Below, piece after piece: positions 58,493 through 64,000 of a DNA stretch of 64,000 nt. Origin of the DNA: Candidatus Iainarchaeum sp. (GTDB lineage Archaea > Iainarchaeota > Iainarchaeia > Iainarchaeales > JAFCCJ01); contig JBDRHK010000015.1 in assembly GCA_043816965.1 (NCBI GenBank), positions 3,548 to 67,547 on the forward strand, in the 5' to 3' direction. Under the pieces are notes generated by a model. It saw only the letters and a program-made list of their open reading frames with translations, was not told the origin of the DNA and ran no database searches. Each line of letters opens with the position of its first letter. Within the stretch, counting starts at the first letter, position 1. Made by a program: the position numbers and the translations under genes.

Positions 58493-59467
58493 ATGCCTTT
58501 TTGGGGCCTGAAAATGGATACTGAAAAAATGAAACAGGTTGTATTTTTGGTGGTGGTTGCCATAATTGCGGCTGCCCTGCTGATTGGCTTATTTGCAATG
58601 GATTTCATCATTGCGAATGCGCCAATAATTCTGGGAATTATCTTCATTATAGTGCTCCTCATAATTCTGCTTAATTTCGGGCTTATTATTTTCCTCAAGG
58701 ATTATGAAAGGGCAGTAATTTTTCGTTTTGGAAAGGTGAACAGGGTAGGCGGGCCTGGATGGGCCATAATGATTCCTGTTCTTGAGAGCTTTACAAAAGT
58801 TGATACAAGAGTTCACACAATTGATGTAACCAAACAGGACGTGATAACAAAAGACGGAATTGAGGTAAGGGCAGATGCGGTAATCTACATCAGGGTTAAG
58901 AGGGACAAGCAATCCGTGATAAATTCTGTTATTGAGGTTGAGAATTATGAAAAGGCGTCATTGCTTTATGTTGTTGCATTAATCCGTGATATTGCGGGTT
59001 CACTGGAATTGAATGAACTCATCTCAAATATTGACGCATTGAATAAGCGCCTTACCGATGGCCTGGATAAAATTTCCGTAAACTGGGGAGTTGACTGTGA
59101 GACCGTTGAAATAAAGGACATCCAAATTCCAAGGCTGGTTCTTGATGCGATGCACGAGGAAAAGGCGGCGGTCCAGCAGAAGCTGGCGAGAATGGAATCT
59201 GCAAAGGCCCACCAGGCAGAAATTGATGCAGTTAAGGAGGCAGCGGAAAACTTAAGTGACAGGGCACTTGCATACTATTATGTGAAGGCACTTGAAAAAT
59301 TGGGGGAAGGGCAGAGCACAAAATTCATTTTCCCAATGGAGCTGACCAAGCTAGCCTCAGCTGTTAGTGGCGGAGGCTCCAAGAGCGAGGATTTGGAGGA
59401 GCTGTTCAGGAAATATGCCCCTGCAATAAAGAAAATCGTCGGTGCAGCGGCAAAGAAAAAGAAATAA
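58493..59467 (+). CDS. SPFH/band-7 (stomatin/prohibitin-like) membrane protein
   Basis: TM then LKDYERAVIFRFGKVNRVGGPGWAIMIPVLES..., coiled-coil, KA tail. Confidence 0.8.
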   Translation: MPFWGLKMDTEKMKQVVFLVVVAIIAAALLIGLFAMDFIIANAPIILGIIFIIVLLIILLNFGLIIFLKDYERAVIFRFGKVNRVGGPGWAIMIPVLESFTKVDTRVHTIDVTKQDVITKDGIEVRADAVIYIRVKRDKQSVINSVIEVENYEKASLLYVVALIRDIAGSLELNELISNIDALNKRLTDGLDKISVNWGVDCETVEIKDIQIPRLVLDAMHEEKAAVQQKLARMESAKAHQAEIDAVKEAAENLSDRALAYYYVKALEKLGEGQSTKFIFPMELTKLASAVSGGGSKSEDLEELFRKYAPAIKKIVGAAAKKKK

Positions 59468-59485
59468 CCATTTTTTTTCATAAAT

Positions 59486-60628
59486 CTACTTTTTCAGAAT
59501 CACAAATGCCGCAACCAAGCCCATGATTAACCATGAGCCGAGTGTGACAAGCAGAATAAGCATTGAATCCCCTGAAACAATTGCCACTGCCTCAATAATC
59601 CCCCCAATGAGAAGGAAGAAGAGGGCGAAGAAAAGCAAAATCAAAACATCCTTTGCAATAATCTCAAATTCATGGGTCATGTATTTCTTTTTTGTAATCG
59701 CGACCGAAATAATTCCCCCCGCAATCGCGCCTATGAAATAACCCACCAATTCAGGAATTCCATGCGGCACAAATGAAACCGCCCTTAGAATTCCCATCCC
59801 GATATCAGTTGTCAAAATTTCCTTCCCTATAAACAAGCCCATTACAGATGCATTCCAGCTTAGGAGCCAGAGGGCACCTGCCCCTAGAAGAAATGAAAGC
59901 AGCACTGCAAGCAGCAAAACCATCGTGTTGTTCATGAAGACCAATTCAAAGCATGCCGGAATTGATTTTGTTGAATCGTTCTTGCATTCACTGTAACCCT
60001 TGCCAACCTCAACGGCTTTTGCGGTTGTGATTTCGGTGAAATTGCCCCCTGTTATCGCCCTCCAGCTGTTCTCCTGCTCCATGAAAACTTTGTCTTTGGT
60101 GGGCATAATGCACTCAAATCCACCTCCCTCAGCGCAGTTTTGGGGCTTTTCCAAAGGGAGTACTACAAACCAGAAACTGTAGCTTATAACCAGGCCTATG
60201 AAGAACCAGCCATAGATTTTTACTAAACTAAAATGCCTTGCCATAAACCCCAAAGTCGGACCTGGATGCCTTGCCTCGGCGGTTTCCTCAGCCACGAAAA
60301 TGCTGTGTATTATTGGCATAAGGCCCAATGCCACAATCAGCAATGCGGAAACACTTGCCGCATTCGGGAACAAATGATAGCTGATAAAAATCGCAAAACT
60401 TGAGAGCAGAATGGACATTACAAGTATCTTTACAGGATGGGTCCTAACCCCAGAATAACTGAAAATCGCTTCCAGAACCATAATATTGAGATTACAGCAC
60501 CGCAATTTATATATCTTTCTAATTAAAAGAATCTTATAGGCATAGAAAAGTATAAGCAGTTTTATTGCAGGCAAAATAACTGATTTTATGCGGTTTTTTA
60601 AAGAGGGGATTTGATTGAAAAAAGACAA
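59486..60628 (-). CDS. SpoIIM/DUF95-like membrane protein with Cys-containing external loop
   Basis: ...VFMNNTMVLLLAVLLSFLLGAGALWLLSWNASVMGLFIG...FVPHGIPELVGYFIGAIAGG, loop with CAEGGGFEC...C...C. Confidence 0.4.
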   Translation of the reverse strand: MSFFNQIPSLKNRIKSVILPAIKLLILFYAYKILLIRKIYKLRCCNLNIMVLEAIFSYSGVRTHPVKILVMSILLSSFAIFISYHLFPNAASVSALLIVALGLMPIIHSIFVAEETAEARHPGPTLGFMARHFSLVKIYGWFFIGLVISYSFWFVVLPLEKPQNCAEGGGFECIMPTKDKVFMEQENSWRAITGGNFTEITTAKAVEVGKGYSECKNDSTKSIPACFELVFMNNTMVLLLAVLLSFLLGAGALWLLSWNASVMGLFIGKEILTTDIGMGILRAVSFVPHGIPELVGYFIGAIAGGIISVAITKKKYMTHEFEIIAKDVLILLFFALFFLLIGGIIEAVAIVSGDSMLILLVTLGSWLIMGLVAAFVILKK

Positions 60629-61181
60629 GGAAATGGTTTATCCAGGCAGCTTTCTTTCAACTGAAGAGGAATTTGTTCCTGGAAAAAATGCATATGGTGA
60701 TGAGGAAGGCAATGTCACTTCGACCACTGTTGGCGAAAAAGACCTTGACATGGAAACAAGGGAAGCCAATGTGATACAGAAAACCGGCGAGGTAAAGCCC
60801 CTTGATGTTGGGAGCATAGTTATTGCAAGGGTATCTCTTGTGAAGGACAGCTCGGCAATGGTTGAGATGCTCTCAGCGGAGAAAGATGGCGAGGAAAGGA
60901 AAATACTGAAATCCTATGCAAGCATTCCTGTCTCAAATATCAGCACAGAATATGTCAGGAATGTCAAGGACATGTTCAGGATTGGGGATTTTGTAAAGGC
61001 AAGGGTCGCAAAAGTTGTTCCTTGGGGAATTGATTTGGAAACAAGGGACAAAGGACTGGGGGTCATAAAGGCATACTGCGTTGAGTGCAGGAAGCCGATG
61101 GAATTGTTTGATGGTAATTTGAAATGCCCTGGCTGCGGGGCATCAAGCCCAAGAAAAGTTTCCGCAGACTACGTACATTAA
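60615..61181 (+). CDS. csl4: exosome subunit Csl4 (S1 domain + zinc ribbon)
   Basis: VYPGSFLSTEEEFVPGKNAY...S1-like core, C-terminal CVECRKP...CPGCG. Confidence 0.7.
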   Translation: MKKDKEMVYPGSFLSTEEEFVPGKNAYGDEEGNVTSTTVGEKDLDMETREANVIQKTGEVKPLDVGSIVIARVSLVKDSSAMVEMLSAEKDGEERKILKSYASIPVSNISTEYVRNVKDMFRIGDFVKARVAKVVPWGIDLETRDKGLGVIKAYCVECRKPMELFDGNLKCPGCGASSPRKVSADYVH

Positions 61182-61194
61182 AGGAGGAATTCAA

Positions 61195-61470
61195 TTGGAC
61201 ATAGAAATTGTAAAAAATGAAAAGAATTTGCTGGAGTTTATTCTGAAGGGGGAGAGGCACACCTACCCAAACCTTTTGAAAAGCGCACTTTTGGAGGATT
61301 CAAGCGTTGAATTTGTTTCCTATATCCTTGACCATCCAATGGACAATGATTCAAGGTTTGTGGTGAGAACCAAAAAATCCACCCCGAAAAAGGCGCTGGA
61401 AGATGCAACAAAAAAGATTGAATCAGATATTAATGCATTTGATTTGGCGATGAAAAAGGCCCTTAAATAA
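61195..61470 (+). CDS. rpoL: DNA-directed RNA polymerase subunit L (Rpb11 homolog)
   Basis: MDIEIVKNEKNLLEFILKGERHTYPNLLKSALLEDSSVEFVSYILDHP. Confidence 0.8.
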   Translation: MDIEIVKNEKNLLEFILKGERHTYPNLLKSALLEDSSVEFVSYILDHPMDNDSRFVVRTKKSTPKKALEDATKKIESDINAFDLAMKKALK

Positions 61471-61509
61471 TTGCATTAATTTAAATAAGTCTCCACTCAA
61501 TTCATATTC

Positions 61510-62355
61510 ATGCTTAAGGAACTAAAGGAAAAATTAAGGTGGCTGGACCCCTTCACCTATGTTGACATGTTTATTGTTGATAAGGTTAAGGGACAAAACA
61601 AAACCATCCAGAACATAGTTTTCCTTTTCAGCATGGCTCTGGTCTCGGTTTTATTTTACCTATTTGCAATTAAGGGGGCAGAACTTTCATTCCTCCCCAT
61701 AATAATTTTCATTGTATTTACTGCACTCATATATTTCGTTTTGAAAGAAGAATATGTTGAATGGGGCATTTACCTTGCAACAGCATTCATTCTTGCACTG
61801 GTTGTTTTTTCAGCTTCAGGATTAATCCTTGGCACAGATTCCCCGATGGTGATAGTGGTGAGTGGTTCAATGGAGCCATTCTACTATAGGGGGGATGTTG
61901 TCTTTTTGCAGGGAGTGCCACCCGAACAACTCGTGGGCAAGGAAGTGACAATTGACCGTTCCCTTAAGGGCATTCCACTAAGCCAGTTGGGCCGGATAAT
62001 AAGATCCAATGGCGAAACAACCGCAATCCAGTTCAACGATGGCCCTCTTTTGGAACTGGATGCTAAGGGGGATATTGTTGTTTACCCATCCAGCTACATA
62101 AACGGCCCGGTAATCCATCGCATTGTGGCAAAAATTAATGCAAAGGACGGCATTTACCTAATCACAAAAGGGGACAACAATACCAAACTCGATCAGGAAA
62201 CTGCAATAAGCCCAACATTAGTGGATGCCTCAAAAATAACTGGGAGGAGTGTTTTCGACATTCCTGCAATTGGGTATGTAAAGCTCATACTTTTTGATGA
62301 CCTGTCAATTTTAATTTTCGGCTGCCCAAATCAATTGGGATGCCCCTTTCCATGA
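61510..62355 (+). CDS. signal peptidase I, archaeal Sec11/S26B type
   Basis: VVSGSMEPFYYRGDVVFLQG, 2 N-terminal TM helices, ...ITKGDNN... Confidence 0.85.
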   Translation: MLKELKEKLRWLDPFTYVDMFIVDKVKGQNKTIQNIVFLFSMALVSVLFYLFAIKGAELSFLPIIIFIVFTALIYFVLKEEYVEWGIYLATAFILALVVFSASGLILGTDSPMVIVVSGSMEPFYYRGDVVFLQGVPPEQLVGKEVTIDRSLKGIPLSQLGRIIRSNGETTAIQFNDGPLLELDAKGDIVVYPSSYINGPVIHRIVAKINAKDGIYLITKGDNNTKLDQETAISPTLVDASKITGRSVFDIPAIGYVKLILFDDLSILIFGCPNQLGCPFP

Positions 62356-62492
62356 GATATTGTGTATAAAATGCTGAATTTATGCGTAGAAATCAGTTTT
62401 TAGGCATTTTTCAGATTAAGTATCTATTATTAATAGAATTCTCAAAGGGAAAAATTTTAAATACTACTTCATATAATATGTAATAGATAAGT

Positions 62493-62535
62493 CCCCCGCC
62501 ATTCTGTAAGGAACGGCGGGCTTTCTCTTATTTTA
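62493..62535 (+). terminator. GC hairpin plus T-tract terminator after the signal peptidase gene
   Basis: cccgcc (62495-62500) / ggcggg (62515-62520) stem, followed by ctttctcttatttt. Confidence 0.4.
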
Positions 62536-62573
62536 ACATTGTTTTTTATTGTTTTCATGGCCTAATTTCTTGG

Positions 62574-63212
62574 ATGAGTCAAAATAAAAATTTGAGAAAG
62601 GTCTTGTTTATAGACGGCAGTAATTTGTATCACAGTATGAAGGATAACGACTACGACCCCAACAATCTCCATTTTCTAAAGTTTTGTGAAAAAATTTCGA
62701 GGGAGGAGAAGCCTGTCGTTCGCTATTATACTGCCCCGAGAAAAAGGCAAGATGGTCTCAGAAAGTATGTTAATCAACAAAACTTCCATGAGAAAATAAA
62801 GGGACAAAACCCTAACCTATCTATCTATTTTGGGAGATTACAGAGCAATCATAGAATAAAAGACCTTTATGATAATGCGATTATGAAAAGTTTTGGGTTT
62901 GATGAAGAAACTATCCTAAAAATTCATACTTTAATGAAAGCATTGAAACTACATACACTTCATAAAGAAAAGGGGGTTGATGTAAAAATCGCTGTTGACT
63001 TAATAGATATGGCACAAAGAAATGAATACGACATTGCCATTTTGGTTTCCGGGGACGCGGATATTACCCCGTCTGTAAAACTTGCCAGAAGAGAAGGCAA
63101 AAAAATCATCAACGCCCATTTTTACAAGTGCAGTTCTTCAGAGCTTCGAATGGCCTGCAATTCACATTTTGTTTTAGCTGAAAAGACCTTTGAAGGGTGT
63201 TGGATTAGCTAA
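62574..63212 (+). CDS. NYN-domain (LabA-like/DUF88) protein
   Basis: VLFIDGSNLYHS...GVDVKIAVDLIDMAQRNEYDIAILVSGDADITPSVKLARREGKKI. Confidence 0.7.
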   Translation: MSQNKNLRKVLFIDGSNLYHSMKDNDYDPNNLHFLKFCEKISREEKPVVRYYTAPRKRQDGLRKYVNQQNFHEKIKGQNPNLSIYFGRLQSNHRIKDLYDNAIMKSFGFDEETILKIHTLMKALKLHTLHKEKGVDVKIAVDLIDMAQRNEYDIAILVSGDADITPSVKLARREGKKIINAHFYKCSSSELRMACNSHFVLAEKTFEGCWIS

Positions 63213-63310
63213 TATGCAAATATTATTGCACAGAACCTTATCCAGAATTAACCCCTTCCCATGAGAGAGGTTTTTAAGGATAATCAAACTAAATGGTTTT
63301 AGTGGTAAAA

Positions 63311-64000
63311 ATGACTGAACTAATGCTTGAGAGCGCAACCAATTTCAAGAAGTGCATTGATGCAATTTCCGTGCTTATAGATGAGGCGGAATTCACAATC
63401 GACAAGGAAAAACTGAGCCTAAAGGCAACAGACCCAAGCCAGATTTCAATGATTGATTTCGAGATTCCAAAATCAGCATTCAAGGAATTCAATCTTGCCG
63501 CACCTACCAAAATCGGCCTTGATCTGGATTATTTAAGCCAGATAATGGCAAGGGCAAGCGCAAAGGACTCGCTGAAACTCTCTTTGGATGAGGAAAAATC
63601 AAGGCTGAAAATCACATTCAAGGGGGATTCAACACGCTCCTTTTCTGTTTCGCTTGTTGATGTCAGTGCAACTGAGCCCCCATCACCGAAAATAGAATTC
63701 GACGCCGAGATAAGGATAAAGGCAGACGCCCTGCAGAACGGGCTCAAAGATGCGGCACTTATTTCCTCGCACATAACAGTCGGGGCAGATGCAGAGGAAT
63801 TCTATATCAAGGCATCTTCCTCAAAGGGAAATTTGAAAAACGACACAAAGAAGGGCGATGCCTCTCTTGTAGAAATGAAGGTGAAAAACCCGGCAAGCGC
63901 AACCTTCCCCCTGGATTACTTGGCAGATATGGTAAAGGCAGCCAGCTCAGACACAGATGTAACGGTAAACCTCAAAAACGACGCGCCAATTGAAATCTCC
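63311..64000 (+). CDS. pcn: PCNA (DNA polymerase sliding clamp), partial, runs off the window end
   Basis: Manual translation: MTELMLESATNFKKCIDAISVLIDEAEFTIDKEKLSLKATDPSQISMIDFEIP...LDYLADMVKAASSDTDVTV. Collinear with archaeal PCNA. Absent from the ORF track (no stop in the window). Confidence 0.85.
   Translation, partial: MTELMLESATNFKKCIDAISVLIDEAEFTIDKEKLSLKATDPSQISMIDFEIPKSAFKEFNLAAPTKIGLDLDYLSQIMARASAKDSLKLSLDEEKSRLKITFKGDSTRSFSVSLVDVSATEPPSPKIEFDAEIRIKADALQNGLKDAALISSHITVGADAEEFYIKASSSKGNLKNDTKKGDASLVEMKVKNPASATFPLDYLADMVKAASSDTDVTVNLKNDAPIEIS

Noticed and set aside
63289-63774. Two minus-strand track ORFs (63289..63510, 63529..63774)
   Set aside because: They are antisense to a clear PCNA coding sequence on the plus strand (63311 onward), which runs off the window and so is missing from the track.
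1-64000. CRISPR arrays, rRNA genes, IS elements/transposases
   Set aside because: No direct-repeat/spacer periodicity, no rRNA-like conserved stretches, and no transposase-like ORFs were seen. The only mobile elements are the inteins and LAGLIDADG ORFs.

Overview
This window looks like a low-GC, compact archaeal chromosome segment, probably from a DPANN-like lineage. Evidence: archaeal information-processing genes (Orc1/Cdc6, RFC small and large subunits, PCNA, NreA-like, topoisomerase IA, Cdc48, archaeal-type PheRS alpha/beta and ThrRS, RpoL, Csl4, Sec11-type signal peptidase, LonB, RNase Z), TATA-box promoters with likely leaderless starts, and oligo-T terminators. Positions 1 to about 13.7 kb hold a Tad/Epd-like type IV pilus locus: many class III signal-peptide pilin-like genes, a PibD/FlaK-type prepilin peptidase, separate TadB- and TadC-like membrane proteins, and a TadA/FlaI-like ATPase interrupted by a complete LAGLIDADG intein. 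A second, pilin-only cluster lies at 32 to 34.3 kb. The most unusual locus is LonB at 52.5 to 57.1 kb. It is encoded as two same-strand, same-frame ORFs broken inside an intein. The first ORF ends with an N-terminal intein fragment (blocks A/B). The second ORF starts with ATG plus a 41-aa C-terminal intein fragment (blocks F/G) immediately followed by intact LonB extein sequence. A free-standing HTH-LAGLIDADG homing endonuclease gene sits between the halves. This matches the fractured-gene arrangement of split inteins. A paralogous HTH-LAGLIDADG ORF sits in frame directly upstream of an Obg-family GTPase. Also present: three tiny Flp-like pilin genes, a partial pilin gene at the 5' edge and a partial PCNA gene at the 3' edge that the ORF track misses; a cysteine-rich pilin paralog pair; shared promoter and operator motifs; a 100-nt GC-rich intergenic island; and an ATP-cone NrdD-like protein with no recognisable glycyl-radical motif. 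No rRNA, convincing tRNA or CRISPR array was found.
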